A stretch of DNA of 64,000 nucleotides from an uncultured Alphaproteobacteria bacterium. Lineage in GTDB: Bacteria > Pseudomonadota > Alphaproteobacteria > Rhizobiales > Xanthobacteraceae. Shown in pieces: positions 23,060 through 33,804 of this stretch (position 1 is its first letter; every line of letters starts with the position of its first letter). The position numbers and the translations under genes are program-made. A model generated the notes under the pieces. That model was not told where the DNA came from and made no database searches. It worked only from the letters and a program-made list of their open reading frames with translations. Location: positions 4,792-68,791 of the forward strand of contig CAVPZO010000038.1 of assembly GCA_963710045.1 (NCBI GenBank). Direction: 5' to 3'.

Positions 23060-23986
23060 GTGCAACTCTACCTTCCGATCGCCGACATTCCGGTCAATGT
23101 GTTCCTCATCCTGGCGATGGGCGCTGCGGTCGGATTCGTGTCAGGGATGTTCGGGATCGGCGGCGGATTCCTGATGACGCCGCTGTTGATCTTTGTCGGC
23201 ATCGCGCCTGCGGTCGCGGTCGCCTCGGTCGCGAGCCATATCGCGGCCTCGTCGTTTTCCGGCGCGCTGTCCTATTGGCGCAAACGCGCCATCGATCCGG
23301 CATTGGCGGTGGTGCTGCTGAGCGGCGGCATTATCGGCACCGCGCTTGGGGTGTGGATGTTCACCGTGCTGCGCGGGCTTGGCCAGCTCGACCTCATGAT
23401 CGCGCTGTCTTACGTCGTGCTGCTCTCGACCGTCGGCGGGCTGATGTTCTGGGAGGGTTTTCGCGCGATCCTGCGCGTGCGGCGCGGCGTGGTGGTGCCG
23501 TTGCGGCGCTCCGGCAGCCATGGCTGGATCCACGGATTGCCGCTGAAGATGCGCTTCAAGCGCTCCAAAATCTATCTGTCGGTGATCCCGATCGTCGTGG
23601 TCGGCCTGGTGATCGGCTTCATCGGCGCGGTGATGGGCATCGGCGGCGGTTTCATCCTGATCCCGATCATGATCTATCTGCTGCGGGTGCCGACCTCCAC
23701 CGTGATCGGCACTTCCATGGTGCTGACGCTGGTCACCATGGTGATCGCCACCATGCTGCACGCCGTCACCAACCATCTGGTCGACGCCGTGCTGGCGCTG
23801 ATCCTGATGGTCGGCGGCGTCACCGGGGCGCAGTTCGGCGCGCGCGCGGGGCAGAAGATTCGCGGCGAGCATCTGCGGCTGCTGCTCGGGCTGTTGATTC
23901 TCGCGGTCGGGATTCGTTTTGCGATCGAACTGGTGATCCAGCCCGCCGATCTGTTCACCATCCGGGAAACCGGAGGCGCCGGATGA
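23060..23986 (+). CDS. TauE/SafE sulfite exporter family protein
   Basis: Two GIGGGF repeats, multiple TM segments. Confidence 0.9.
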   Translation: MQLYLPIADIPVNVFLILAMGAAVGFVSGMFGIGGGFLMTPLLIFVGIAPAVAVASVASHIAASSFSGALSYWRKRAIDPALAVVLLSGGIIGTALGVWMFTVLRGLGQLDLMIALSYVVLLSTVGGLMFWEGFRAILRVRRGVVVPLRRSGSHGWIHGLPLKMRFKRSKIYLSVIPIVVVGLVIGFIGAVMGIGGGFILIPIMIYLLRVPTSTVIGTSMVLTLVTMVIATMLHAVTNHLVDAVLALILMVGGVTGAQFGARAGQKIRGEHLRLLLGLLILAVGIRFAIELVIQPADLFTIRETGGAG

Positions 23987-24774
23987 TTTTGCGCGCGCGC
24001 ATCCTGGCGGTTGGCTTTGCGCTCGCGCTGGGCGCGGCTTTCGCCGTTGGCGATGCCCAAGCCGAGCGGCTGATCGTCTCGGTGTCGAACCACCGCGTCA
24101 CCGTGACGCCGAATTATGCCGGCGAGGAACTGGTGCTGTTCGGCTCGGTCGAGAAGGACGACAAGACACCGGCCAACCGCAACAACTACGATCTGGTCGT
24201 TACCGTCAGCGGGCCGCGCGCCGACATGGTGACTCGCCGCAAGGAACGCCGATTCGGCATCTGGGTGAACAACGACTACCGGCAGTTTCTCAAGGTGCCG
24301 ACCTATCTCGCGATTTTTTCCAACCGGACGTTCGACGCCATCGCCCCGCCGGAAGTGCAGCGCCGCCAGCAGCTCGGCCTCAACAACGTGCTGCTGACCC
24401 AGCGCGTCGGTCCTGATTACGCCGATGTGGTTCCGGATGATGCGTTCCGCAGCGCGTTCGTGCGGCTGCGCTCCCAGCACGGCCTCTATCGCGAAGAAAC
24501 CTCCGCGGTGACTTTTTTGACGCCGACGCTGTTTCGCACCGGGATCCCGCTTCCGGGCGAAGTGCCGATCGGGACCTACGATGTCGACATCAAGCTGTTT
24601 GCCGACGGCGCGCTGGTGACGCGGACCGACACCGCGTTCGAAATCGTCAAGGTCGGCTTCGAGCAGTTCGTCGCCACCGCCGCGCGTCAGAACGGTTTTA
24701 CCTACGGGCTGGTGACGGCGTTCATGGCGCTGATGACGGGCTGGATGGCGTCGATCGTGTTCCGGAAGGATTAG
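23983..24774 (+). CDS. TIGR02186 family membrane protein
   Basis: ELVLFG, RRKERRFGIWVN, VKVGFEQ; ATGA-coupled to the TauE gene. Confidence 0.85.
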   Translation: MILRARILAVGFALALGAAFAVGDAQAERLIVSVSNHRVTVTPNYAGEELVLFGSVEKDDKTPANRNNYDLVVTVSGPRADMVTRRKERRFGIWVNNDYRQFLKVPTYLAIFSNRTFDAIAPPEVQRRQQLGLNNVLLTQRVGPDYADVVPDDAFRSAFVRLRSQHGLYREETSAVTFLTPTLFRTGIPLPGEVPIGTYDVDIKLFADGALVTRTDTAFEIVKVGFEQFVATAARQNGFTYGLVTAFMALMTGWMASIVFRKD

Positions 24775-25712
24775 GCTTTCAGCGCCGCCACCGAGGCGGG
24801 GACCGCCTTGGCCGGCCGCGTTACCAGGTAAATGCCGAACGCGACCGGAACGATCCCCGCGAGGTCACCGAATGCGACGTGCTCGCCGAGCACCATCCAG
24901 GCGAACAGCATGCCGAGCGGCGGCATCAGGAAATGATAGGCGCTCGCCGCCGTCGCCCCGCACACCTTCAACAGATGAAACCAAAGCACATAAGCGAGGA
25001 TAGAACCGCCGAGCACGAGAAATGCGAACGCAGCCAGCAGCCGCGCGCTAGGCACGATGTGGCTGACATCAGACAGCGTGAATGCGAACGGCATCAGCAC
25101 CAGACCGCCCGACAGGTTCTGGATGCCGTTGCCGAGCCACAGGCTGCCTTTCGGCGCGAGCAGCTTGAACAGGATGGTGCCGGCAACGATCGACGCCAGC
25201 GATGCCAGCGTGAAGGCGACGCCGTGCAGACTGTCAGCGCCGGTCGAAATGCGGTGCCAGACGATGAAGGTCACGCCGGCGACGCCGAGCAGCAGCCCCG
25301 CGACTTTGCGCGAGGTCAGCGGCTCGTGGAGAAACAGCGCGGCAAGTACGGCGGTGAAGACCGGATTGGCGCTGACGATCAACCCGCCGATGCCGGCGGA
25401 GACGGTCTGCAGGCCGGTATAGCCGAGCCCGAGATAGAGCGCGTTGTTGGCGATGCCGAGAATGGCGAACACCGCGACATCGCGCCAGGACAGCGACCAT
25501 GCATCGCCGCGCAGCGCGGAAACGCCGAGGATCAGAGTGCCCGCCAATAAAAACCGCGCGGTCAGCAGGATCAGCGGCGGACAATCGGTGACGCCGATCT
25601 TGCCGGCCACGAAGGCGAAGCTCCACAGCACACAGAAAATCCCGATGTAAATCGGCAGCCGATTGAAGGCGAAGGTGGCGCGGGGGACCGCAATGGAGGG
25701 CGCGAAAGACAT
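24771..25712 (-). CDS. DMT/EamA transporter
   Basis: About 10 TM segments, EamA repeats. Confidence 0.9.
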   Translation of the reverse strand: MSFAPSIAVPRATFAFNRLPIYIGIFCVLWSFAFVAGKIGVTDCPPLILLTARFLLAGTLILGVSALRGDAWSLSWRDVAVFAILGIANNALYLGLGYTGLQTVSAGIGGLIVSANPVFTAVLAALFLHEPLTSRKVAGLLLGVAGVTFIVWHRISTGADSLHGVAFTLASLASIVAGTILFKLLAPKGSLWLGNGIQNLSGGLVLMPFAFTLSDVSHIVPSARLLAAFAFLVLGGSILAYVLWFHLLKVCGATAASAYHFLMPPLGMLFAWMVLGEHVAFGDLAGIVPVAFGIYLVTRPAKAVPASVAALKA

Positions 25713-25815
25713 AGGAATTCTCCTTTGCCCCCTTATGTACGCCCACGCCTTGCTATTTGGAAATTAAATGATACAATCATTGTCAGTTGAAAAACAAATG
25801 ACAGAGGGATGAGCC

Positions 25816-26679
25816 ATGCTCGATCTCGACCTGCTGCGCAGCTTCGTCTCGGTCGTCGATTCCGGCGGTTTTACCCGCGCCGGCGAGCGCGTTCACCGCA
25901 CCCAGTCGACCGTCAGCCAGCAGATCAAGCGGCTGGAGGACGATCTGGGCCAGCCGCTGCTGAACCGCACCGGCAAGGACGTGACCCCGACGGAGGCCGG
26001 CGAGCGGCTGCTGTCCTACGCGCGGCGGCTGTTGTCGCTGGCGGAAGAAGCCCGCGACGTGCTGGCGCGGCCGAGCGACGAAGGCGCGGTGCGGCTTGGG
26101 ATTCCCGAGGACTTTGCCGCCTATCGCCTGACCGAACTGCTGGCGAGTTTTTCCCGCGCGCGCCCTGGCCTGCGGCTCGACGTGCGTGCCGACCAGAGCA
26201 TCTATCTGCGCCGCGATCTGGAGCGTGGCGAACTCGACCTGGCGCTGCTCAAGCGCAACGCCGGTGAGAAAGGCGGCATCGCGGTGTGGCCGGAGCGCGT
26301 GCATTGGGTGACCAGCAAGGCCCATCCCGTAGATCCCGCGAGCCGGTCCGTCCCGTTGATCGGCTTTCCCACCGGCTGCCTGTACCGGGCCCGCGCCATC
26401 CACGCCATCGAAAGCGCCGGACGCGCCTGGCACATGGCCTATACCAGTTCAAGCCTCGCCGGCATCCAGGCCGCGGTCGCCGCGGGACTGGGCTTGAGCA
26501 TCCTGTCGGAGATCGCGATCCAGGCGGATCACCGCGTGCTGACGGCAAAGGATGGTTTTGCGCCGATCGACAAAACCGAAGTCGCGCTGGTCGCGTCGCC
26601 CGACGCCAGCCCGGCAACGCTGCGGCTGGCGGATCGTCTCGCCGAGTTCTGCAACAACGTGCAGGCGAAAGCAGCGTAG
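25816..26679 (+). CDS. LysR family regulator
   Basis: FTRAGERVHRTQSTVSQQIKRLE HTH; divergent from the DMT gene. Confidence 0.95.
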   Translation: MLDLDLLRSFVSVVDSGGFTRAGERVHRTQSTVSQQIKRLEDDLGQPLLNRTGKDVTPTEAGERLLSYARRLLSLAEEARDVLARPSDEGAVRLGIPEDFAAYRLTELLASFSRARPGLRLDVRADQSIYLRRDLERGELDLALLKRNAGEKGGIAVWPERVHWVTSKAHPVDPASRSVPLIGFPTGCLYRARAIHAIESAGRAWHMAYTSSSLAGIQAAVAAGLGLSILSEIAIQADHRVLTAKDGFAPIDKTEVALVASPDASPATLRLADRLAEFCNNVQAKAA

Positions 26680-26681
26680 TA

Positions 26682-26764
26682 CCGTCATTGCGAGGAGCGA
26701 AGCGACGAAGCAATCCAGTCTGAGCCCGGGTTTCTGGATTGCTTCGCTTCGCTCGCAATGACGG
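26682..26764. repeat. CGTCATTGCGAG-type palindromic repeat
   Basis: CCGTCATTGCGAG...CTCGCAATGACGG between convergent genes. Confidence 0.85.
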
Positions 26765-26766
26765 AA

Positions 26767-27480
26767 TCAGTAGCAACGCGACGCCGAGATCGCGTGCATC
26801 CGGTTATCGCCGAGCACATGCGCCATGAAGCCCGGCGTCTGGAATATCTTTTTGAACGCCGCGTCGCGGATGCTCAGGCCCCCGGTATAGGCGCCGAATG
26901 CCGGCATCACCGCGCGCATCCCGTCACTGGCAAAACATCGCCGCTCCACCGTGCGTCCGCGCGTGGTGACGCGCGCCTTCGGATGCAGATGTCCGGCGAT
27001 TTCACCTGCCGCGCCGGTCGGTTCATGGCGAAACACAATTCCACCGACTGCAACTTCGCTCGCGACGACGCCGCCGATGTCGCGCGGCAGCGCCGGATCA
27101 TGATTGCCCGCGATCCAGATCCAGTCCCGCCGCGCCTGCAATGCGGCGACGGCTTCGCGGTCCGCAGCTGACAACCGTTCATGCGCCTTGCGGTCGTGAA
27201 AACTGTCGCCGAGCGCGATCACGGTGCGCGGATCGTGCCGCGCAATCACCGCGCTGAGGCGCGAAAGCGTCGCCACGGTGTCGTAGGGCGGCAGCAGCAC
27301 GCCGCGCGCGGCGAAACTCGATCCCTTCTCCAGATGCAGGTCGGAGACGACCAGCAGGCGTTCCGCTTCCCAGAAAAACGCGCCCGACAAATCGGCGACC
27401 AGGGTCACGCCAGCGATGGTGACGGAAGCAATGCGCACGGCAGGTTCGTTGTTTTCCGGTGATTGCGCGCGTGCCGTCAC
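26767..27480 (-). CDS. pdeM: ligase-associated DNA damage response metallophosphoesterase/endonuclease
   Basis: SDLHLEKG, LGDSFHD, GNHD, GHLHP, PAFGAYTGG. Confidence 0.9.
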   Translation of the reverse strand: MTARAQSPENNEPAVRIASVTIAGVTLVADLSGAFFWEAERLLVVSDLHLEKGSSFAARGVLLPPYDTVATLSRLSAVIARHDPRTVIALGDSFHDRKAHERLSAADREAVAALQARRDWIWIAGNHDPALPRDIGGVVASEVAVGGIVFRHEPTGAAGEIAGHLHPKARVTTRGRTVERRCFASDGMRAVMPAFGAYTGGLSIRDAAFKKIFQTPGFMAHVLGDNRMHAISASRCY

Positions 27481-27483
27481 GTT

Positions 27484-30045
27484 CTATCCCATCGCCTCTT
27501 TGACAAGGTCGTCCGCGGCTTCCGCCAGCAACTCGTCCGATGCTTCGCCATAAACCTGTTCGCGGCCGATTTCCAGCATCACCGGCACCGCGAGCGGCGA
27601 AACCCGATCGAGTTCCTTGTGGACGATCCGTCCCTTGATTCGCGCCAGCATATCACTGAGGCGGCGGATATCGAGCAGCCCGGTGGCGGCGTCGGCGCGC
27701 GCGGCGCGCAACAGCACGTGGTCGGGCTGATGCTTGCGCAGCACGTCGTAGATCAGGTCGGTCGAGAACAGCACCTGCCGCCTAGTTTTTTCCTCGCCGG
27801 TGAATCGCCGCGCGATCAGGCCGGAAATCACCGCACAAGTGCGAAAAGTGCGCTTCATCAGCGCGGATTCGGCGAGCCACGCCTCGAGATCGTCGCCAAG
27901 CATGTCCGGATCGAACAGCGTGTTGAGGTCCAGCTTGCCCTGCCGGATCATGAACGACAGGTCGCCGAGCGACCACACCGCAAGCGCATATTCGTTGGCG
28001 ACGAAACCGAGCGGCCGGGCGCGGCCGCGCTCCATCCGCCGTGTCAGCAGCATGCCCAGCGTCTGGTGCGCGAGCCGGCCCTCGAACGGATAGCACACCA
28101 AGTAATGCTTGTTGGCGCGCGGAAAGGTTTCCACCACCAGCTCGCGCACGCCGGGCACGCGCGAAAAATCGGCCTGCAGCGACAGCCAGTCGCGTACCTG
28201 GTCCGGCAGGCCGTTCCACGCCCGCTTGTCGGCGAGCAGTTTTCGGACGCGCTCGGCGAGATAGGTGGAGAGCGGAAACTTGCCCCCGTTGTAGGACGGC
28301 ACCTTGGCGTCGGCGTCGTTGGCGCGGGAGACGTAGACCTGGTCTTCCATCAGGGATTCGTAGCGCACCACCTCGCCGCCGAACACAAACGTGTCGCCGA
28401 TCACCAGTCCCTCGATGAAGGCTTCCTCGATCTCGCCGAGCATGCGGCCGCCGCGCCCGAGCGCGCCGGTCGATCCCGAACCACCGCCGCGCGAGCGCAC
28501 CAGCCGCACCTTCAGCATGGTGTCCTCGACGATGGTGCCGACGTTAAGCCGATAACTTTGCCGCACGCGCGGATTGGTGACGCGCCAGTGGCCGCTGTTG
28601 TCCTGCTTGATACGCGCGAAACGCTCATAGGTTTTCAGCGCATAGCCGCCGGTGGCGACGAAATCGACCACGTCGTCGAAATCGGTCCGGGTCAGTCCGG
28701 AATAGGGCGCGGCGGTCAGCACTTCCTCATAAAGTTGGTCGGCGAGAAACGGCTCGCCGCAGGCGCAGCCGAGCACATGCTGCGCCAGCACATCGAGCGC
28801 GCCGGTTCGCAGCGGCGGCGTGTCCTGGGCGTTCTCCGCCACCGCGTCGATGGCGACCCGGCATTCCAGCACCTCAAACCGGTTGGCCGGCACCAGCACC
28901 GCGCGCGAGGCTTCGTCGATGCGGTGGTTGGCGCGGCCGATTCTTTGCATCAGTCGCGATGCGCCCTTCGGCGCGCCGATGTTGATTACCAGGTCGACGT
29001 CGCCCCAATCGACCCCGAGATCCAGCGACGAGGTGCAGACCACGCCGCGCAATCGGCCCGCAGCCATCGCGTCCTCGACCTTGCGGCGTTGGGCGACGTC
29101 GAGCGAGCCGTGATGCAGCGCGATTGCAAGGCCGTCGTCATTCATGCGCCAGAGATCCTGGAACAGCATCTCGGCCTGGCTGCGGGTGTTGACGAATACC
29201 AGCGTGGTCTTGTTGGCCTTGATCAGGTCGTAGATTTCATCGAGCGCATGGCGCGCGGTGTGGCCCGCCCATGGCAGCCGCTCGCGCGTGTCGAGCATCT
29301 CGACAATCGGCGGCGCCGCACCGCCTGCGACGACGATATCGGCGGCTTCGCTTGTGCCGTCGCGTTGCGGCACCAGGAACCGCGCCAGCGATTCCGGCTC
29401 CGCCACCGTGGCCGACAGGCCGATGGAGCGCAGCTGCGGCGCCAGCCGCCACAGCCGCGCCAGCCCAAGCGACAGCAGATCGCCGCGTTTCGAGGTCACC
29501 AAGGCGTGCAGTTCGTCGAGCACGATCCGCTTCAGCGACGAGAACAGAAACGGCGCGTCGTCGGACGACAGCAACAGCGCCAACTGTTCGGGCGTGGTGA
29601 GCAGGATGTCCGGCGGATAGCGCCGCTGCCGTTGCCGCCGCGACACCGGGGTGTCGCCGGTGCGGGTCTCGATCTTGATCGGCAGCGCCATCTCGGCGAC
29701 CGGCGTTTCCAGATTGCGCGCGATATCGACCGCCAGCGCCTTCAGCGGCGAAATGTAGAGCGTGTGCAGGCCGCGGCTGCGCAACACGCCGCGTCCGGTG
29801 GAGACGAGCTTCTTTTCGCCCCTCTCAAGGGGGAACGGAGAAGAAAGCTCCACCAGCGTCGGCAGAAATCCGGCCAGCGTCTTGCCGGCGCCAGTGGGGG
29901 CGATCAGCAGCGCCGAGCGGTTGTCGCGGGCCTTCGTCAGCAGCGCCAGTTGATGCTCGCGCGGCGACCAGCCGCGGCCTGCGAACCAGCGCAGGAAGGC
30001 TTCTGGCAGCAGTTGAGGTTGGGAATCGCGATCCGGAACCAGCAC
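27484..30045 (-). CDS. ligase-associated DEXH-box (Lhr-like) helicase
   Basis: APTGAGKT, DELH, SAT, HHGSL, QRIGRANH; start approximate. Confidence 0.93.
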   Translation of the reverse strand: MLVPDRDSQPQLLPEAFLRWFAGRGWSPREHQLALLTKARDNRSALLIAPTGAGKTLAGFLPTLVELSSPFPLERGEKKLVSTGRGVLRSRGLHTLYISPLKALAVDIARNLETPVAEMALPIKIETRTGDTPVSRRQRQRRYPPDILLTTPEQLALLLSSDDAPFLFSSLKRIVLDELHALVTSKRGDLLSLGLARLWRLAPQLRSIGLSATVAEPESLARFLVPQRDGTSEAADIVVAGGAAPPIVEMLDTRERLPWAGHTARHALDEIYDLIKANKTTLVFVNTRSQAEMLFQDLWRMNDDGLAIALHHGSLDVAQRRKVEDAMAAGRLRGVVCTSSLDLGVDWGDVDLVINIGAPKGASRLMQRIGRANHRIDEASRAVLVPANRFEVLECRVAIDAVAENAQDTPPLRTGALDVLAQHVLGCACGEPFLADQLYEEVLTAAPYSGLTRTDFDDVVDFVATGGYALKTYERFARIKQDNSGHWRVTNPRVRQSYRLNVGTIVEDTMLKVRLVRSRGGGSGSTGALGRGGRMLGEIEEAFIEGLVIGDTFVFGGEVVRYESLMEDQVYVSRANDADAKVPSYNGGKFPLSTYLAERVRKLLADKRAWNGLPDQVRDWLSLQADFSRVPGVRELVVETFPRANKHYLVCYPFEGRLAHQTLGMLLTRRMERGRARPLGFVANEYALAVWSLGDLSFMIRQGKLDLNTLFDPDMLGDDLEAWLAESALMKRTFRTCAVISGLIARRFTGEEKTRRQVLFSTDLIYDVLRKHQPDHVLLRAARADAATGLLDIRRLSDMLARIKGRIVHKELDRVSPLAVPVMLEIGREQVYGEASDELLAEAADDLVKEAMG

Positions 30046-30249
30046 GCCTGAGACGTAAGCCTTCCGTTGAGCCCGGTCGAGGTCGATTGCGCAACGATCC
30101 GGAGCGCCGGGATACCGCCAAAGCCGCCATTTCATGCAGTTTTATGGCATGCCGCGTATCATTCCCAGTCAGTGTGACTGCCCCGCCACAGACAGACTCC
30201 AGCCGTGCGGATACACTCCAGGTTCAATTTTGGAACTTTGGGGACGATT

Positions 30250-31707
30250 ATGAAAAAGATTCTGGCCGGAGCAGCAGCACTCCTCGGAACCGCAGTCAGC
30301 GCCCAGGCGGCGGACATGGCAGTCAAGGCGCCTTACCTCAAAGCCCCGGTCGCCATGGTCTACGACTGGACCGGATTCTACATCGGCGTGAACGCCGGCG
30401 TCGGCATCGGCCGGGATTATACCCGCCTCGCCATCCCCGCCGGCCTGTCGTTCGAAGCAACCTACCTCAATCCGCAGGGCGCCCTCGGTGGCGGCCAGGT
30501 CGGCTACAATTATCAGGTTCAGAACTCCTGGTTCGGCGCGCTGGTGTTTGGTGTCGAAGCCGATATCCAGGGCACCGGCATGCGCGACAGTGTCAACTGC
30601 CTGATTGGCTGTCTGGTCGGGCAGAACAACAATTTCAACCAGAAGCTTGACTGGTTCGGTACGGTCCGCGGCCGCGTCGGTATCGCAACCGGCCCGGTGC
30701 TGAGCTACGTCACCGGCGGCTGGGCCTATGGCAGCGTCAAGACCACGCTGACCGAAACCGTGGGGACGACGGGGACATTCACATCGAACCAGAATCGCGG
30801 TGGCTGGGTTTTAGGTTCCGGCCTCGAGGCTTCGCTGGGCGGCAACTGGACCGGCAAGATCGAATATCTCTGGATCAATCTGGGCGACCGCCTCGATCAG
30901 TTCGCGCTGAACGGCTTCGCCCAGGCGATGAGCACCGATATTCGTGAGCAGGTCTTCCGGGTCGGCCTGAACTATCGCATCGGCGGCAGCGGCGCTGCCT
31001 ACGTTCCGCCGCCGCCCTCGAACTGGGCCGGCTTCTACCTCGGCGGCAACTTCGGCGGCGGCATCGGACGCGATCGCACCGCGTTCACGTTCACCGCGGT
31101 GGGCACCTCGACCGAACTGTTCAACCTGAGCCCCGACGGCTTCGTTGGCGGCGCCCAGGCTGGTTACAACTGGCAGGCCGGGAACTGGGTGTTCGGTCTG
31201 GAAGCCGATATCCAGGCCTCGAGCCAGCGTGACAACCGGGCCTGCGTGCAGACCTGCAATCCGCTGGTCGCGCCGATCATCTTCGCCGCTTACGATGCGA
31301 CCCTGCCCTGGTTCGGCACGGCGCGCGGCCGGGTTGGCTATTCGGTCGGATCGACAATGTTCTACGCCACCGGCGGTTATGCCTATGGCAGCGTGAAGAC
31401 CAAGATTGCCGCGGCGTTCCTCGGCGCGCCGGTCAACGTGGAAATCTCCAACACCAGAAGCGGCTGGACTGTCGGCGGCGGCATCGAAACCCCGTTCACC
31501 TTCCTGGTCGGCGTGCTGGGCAACAACTGGACCTCGAAGACCGAGTATCTCTATGTCGATCTCGGCACATCGACGGGAGCCTTCCCGGTTGGGACCGTCA
31601 TCGGCGGCCCCGCGGTCACGGCCATCAACAGCACCCAGGTGCACGAGCATATCTTCCGCACCGGCCTGAACTATCACTTCAACTCCCCGGTGGTCGCGAA
31701 ATACTGA
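30250..31707 (+). CDS. outer membrane protein with two tandem Omp25/RopB-like beta-barrels
   Basis: Signal peptide; WxGFYxG...GxNY unit occurs twice; ends VVAKY. Confidence 0.88.
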   Translation: MKKILAGAAALLGTAVSAQAADMAVKAPYLKAPVAMVYDWTGFYIGVNAGVGIGRDYTRLAIPAGLSFEATYLNPQGALGGGQVGYNYQVQNSWFGALVFGVEADIQGTGMRDSVNCLIGCLVGQNNNFNQKLDWFGTVRGRVGIATGPVLSYVTGGWAYGSVKTTLTETVGTTGTFTSNQNRGGWVLGSGLEASLGGNWTGKIEYLWINLGDRLDQFALNGFAQAMSTDIREQVFRVGLNYRIGGSGAAYVPPPPSNWAGFYLGGNFGGGIGRDRTAFTFTAVGTSTELFNLSPDGFVGGAQAGYNWQAGNWVFGLEADIQASSQRDNRACVQTCNPLVAPIIFAAYDATLPWFGTARGRVGYSVGSTMFYATGGYAYGSVKTKIAAAFLGAPVNVEISNTRSGWTVGGGIETPFTFLVGVLGNNWTSKTEYLYVDLGTSTGAFPVGTVIGGPAVTAINSTQVHEHIFRTGLNYHFNSPVVAKY

Positions 31708-31730
31708 TCGCGGCGACAAAAGCAGACAGC

Positions 31731-31759
31731 AAAACCCCGGCCTCGCGGCCGGGGTTTTT
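31731..31759. terminator. bidirectional intrinsic terminator
   Basis: AAAACCCCGGCC-TCGC-GGCCGGGGTTTTT. Confidence 0.88.
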
Positions 31760-31779
31760 GTTTGCGCGATTGCGATCGT

Positions 31780-32706
31780 TCAAGCCTTCGTCGCGACCGC
31801 CACCAGGCCGGGCACCGGCGCATTGTCCTCGTTGCGCGCCGACAAATCATCGAGCCGCGACAGCGTCAGGCCGGCAACCGCAATCGCATTGCGCACATAG
31901 GCGGCGCCATGGGCGTAGCGCAAGCCCTCGCCGAGAATGACGCCTTCGCCGCCGTGGGTTTCTACCGTGAACGCCAGCAACCCGCCGGGCACCAGCACAC
32001 GCGCGGCTTCGCGCAACAGCGGCGCGAGATCGGACAGATAGACCATCGCGTCGGCGGCGAGGATCAGATCGGCGCTGGCGTCGGTTTTGCCGCCCAGCCC
32101 CTGCACCATCTCCTTAACCTCCAGCTCGGCATAAAGCCCGGTGGCGCGCGACCGCTCGATCATGCGCGGCGACAGGTCGATCCCGGCGAACGCATCCACC
32201 TCCTTGGCGAACGCGCGCGCCGCCAGCCCGGTGCCGCAGCCAAGATCGATGGCGCGCTTGAAGAAGGCCGGCTTGCGGATGGCGGCGCGCGCCGCGAGCA
32301 CGGCCTTGAACAACAGCGCCGGCCCGCGGTAGCCGAGATCGTCGACCAGCGCCCCCTCGAATTTCGGCGCGTATTGGTCGAACAGGGAACGCACATAGGC
32401 GGGCGGCATGTCCGCCAGCTTCTCGGCGCCGAGCAGCATCAGCCGCAGGCTCGCGCCGTGCCGATCGTCGGGATCGGCCGCCTGCGCCTTGCGAAAGGCT
32501 GCGATCGCTTCGTCGCATTCGCCGAGCTGCTCGCGAATGTCTCCCAGCGTGAACCACGCCGAGGCAAAGCCGGGCGCGAGGTCGGTGGCCTGCAGCAGCA
32601 GATCGGCAGCGGCCACGAGATCGCCCTTCAACTGCAGATCGCGCGCGAAATCGAAGCGCCGGTCGGCCACAAGATCGCCGGAAGACATGAACAGGCGGAC
32701 GGGCAT
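31780..32706 (-). CDS. TPR-containing class I SAM methyltransferase
   Basis: N-terminal TPR, LFDQYA, DLGCGTG. Confidence 0.88.
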   Translation of the reverse strand: MPVRLFMSSGDLVADRRFDFARDLQLKGDLVAAADLLLQATDLAPGFASAWFTLGDIREQLGECDEAIAAFRKAQAADPDDRHGASLRLMLLGAEKLADMPPAYVRSLFDQYAPKFEGALVDDLGYRGPALLFKAVLAARAAIRKPAFFKRAIDLGCGTGLAARAFAKEVDAFAGIDLSPRMIERSRATGLYAELEVKEMVQGLGGKTDASADLILAADAMVYLSDLAPLLREAARVLVPGGLLAFTVETHGGEGVILGEGLRYAHGAAYVRNAIAVAGLTLSRLDDLSARNEDNAPVPGLVAVATKA

Positions 32707-32763
32707 TATTGGAACCGGAACGGCGAGACTCGAATGGACCCCGAGCCGGACTATATAGACGAG

Positions 32764-33804
32764 ATGCGTCCGCAAGACATCCTGATGCCCGTAGCCGCCG
32801 GCCTGTGCTGCAAGCCCGGCGGCTTTCATATCGATCCGGTGCGGCCGGTCGAGCGCGCCGTGATCACCCATGGCCATTCCGATCACGCCCGCCCCGGCCA
32901 TGGCGCGGTGCTGGCCACGCAAGAGACGCTCGACATGATGCGGCTGCGCTATGGCGACAATTTTGCGCGCAGCACACAGGCCATTCGCTACGGCGAGGAG
33001 ATTCGTCTCGGCGATGTCAAAATCAAGTTCCATCCCGCCGGCCATGTGCTCGGCTCGGCGCAGGTCGCGGTGTCTTGCAAGGACACCTGCATCGTCGCCT
33101 CCGGCGACTACAAGGACGCGCCCGATCCGACCTGCACGGCGTTCGAGGTGGTGCCGTGCGACGTCTTCATCACCGAAGCCACGTTTGGGCTGCCGGTGTT
33201 CCGGCATGGCGACGCGGCGCTTGAGGTCAAAAAACTGCTGGCGTCGGTGGCGCTGTTTCCGGAGCGCGCGCATCTGGTCGGCGCCTATTCGCTCGGCAAG
33301 GCGCAGCGCGTGATCGCGCTGATCCGCGAGGCCGGCTACGACGCGCCGATCTATCTGCACGGCGCGATGGAGAAGATCACGCGCTACTACCAGAGCCGCG
33401 GCGTGCCGCTCGGCGATCTCCGCCTGGTCAAGGGCATGAAGAAGGCCGATCTCGCCGGCACCATCACGCTGGCGCCGCCGTCGGCGACCTCCGACATCTG
33501 GACCCGGCGCTTTCCCGATCCGGTGACGGCGTTCGCGTCGGGCTGGATGCGGGTGCGCGCCCGCGCCCGGCAGCGCGGCGTCGAATTGCCGCTGGTGATT
33601 TCGGATCACGCCGATTGGGACGGCCTGACCGCGACCATCGACGCCACCGGCGCCGGCGAAATCTGGGTCACCCATGGCCAGGAAGACGCGCTGGTGCACT
33701 GGTGCACGGCGAAGGGACTGGTCGCGCGGCCGCTCGATCTGGTGGGGTACGGCGATGAGGACGAGAACGAGACTTTGCCGGCAGACCAAGGCACTGAGGC
33801 ATGA
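32764..33804 (+). CDS. ligase-associated DNA damage response exonuclease (MBL/beta-CASP)
   Basis: THGHSDH, AGHVLGS, YSLGKAQR, SDHADW. Confidence 0.92.
   Translation: MRPQDILMPVAAGLCCKPGGFHIDPVRPVERAVITHGHSDHARPGHGAVLATQETLDMMRLRYGDNFARSTQAIRYGEEIRLGDVKIKFHPAGHVLGSAQVAVSCKDTCIVASGDYKDAPDPTCTAFEVVPCDVFITEATFGLPVFRHGDAALEVKKLLASVALFPERAHLVGAYSLGKAQRVIALIREAGYDAPIYLHGAMEKITRYYQSRGVPLGDLRLVKGMKKADLAGTITLAPPSATSDIWTRRFPDPVTAFASGWMRVRARARQRGVELPLVISDHADWDGLTATIDATGAGEIWVTHGQEDALVHWCTAKGLVARPLDLVGYGDEDENETLPADQGTEA

Noticed and set aside
13720-33789. Long antisense or alternate-frame ORFs (e.g. 13720-15375, 15436-17556, 27463-30051, and the long 5' extensions of 31762-33804 and 31780-33789)
   Set aside because: Shadow ORFs expected from high-GC codon bias opposite well-supported genes.
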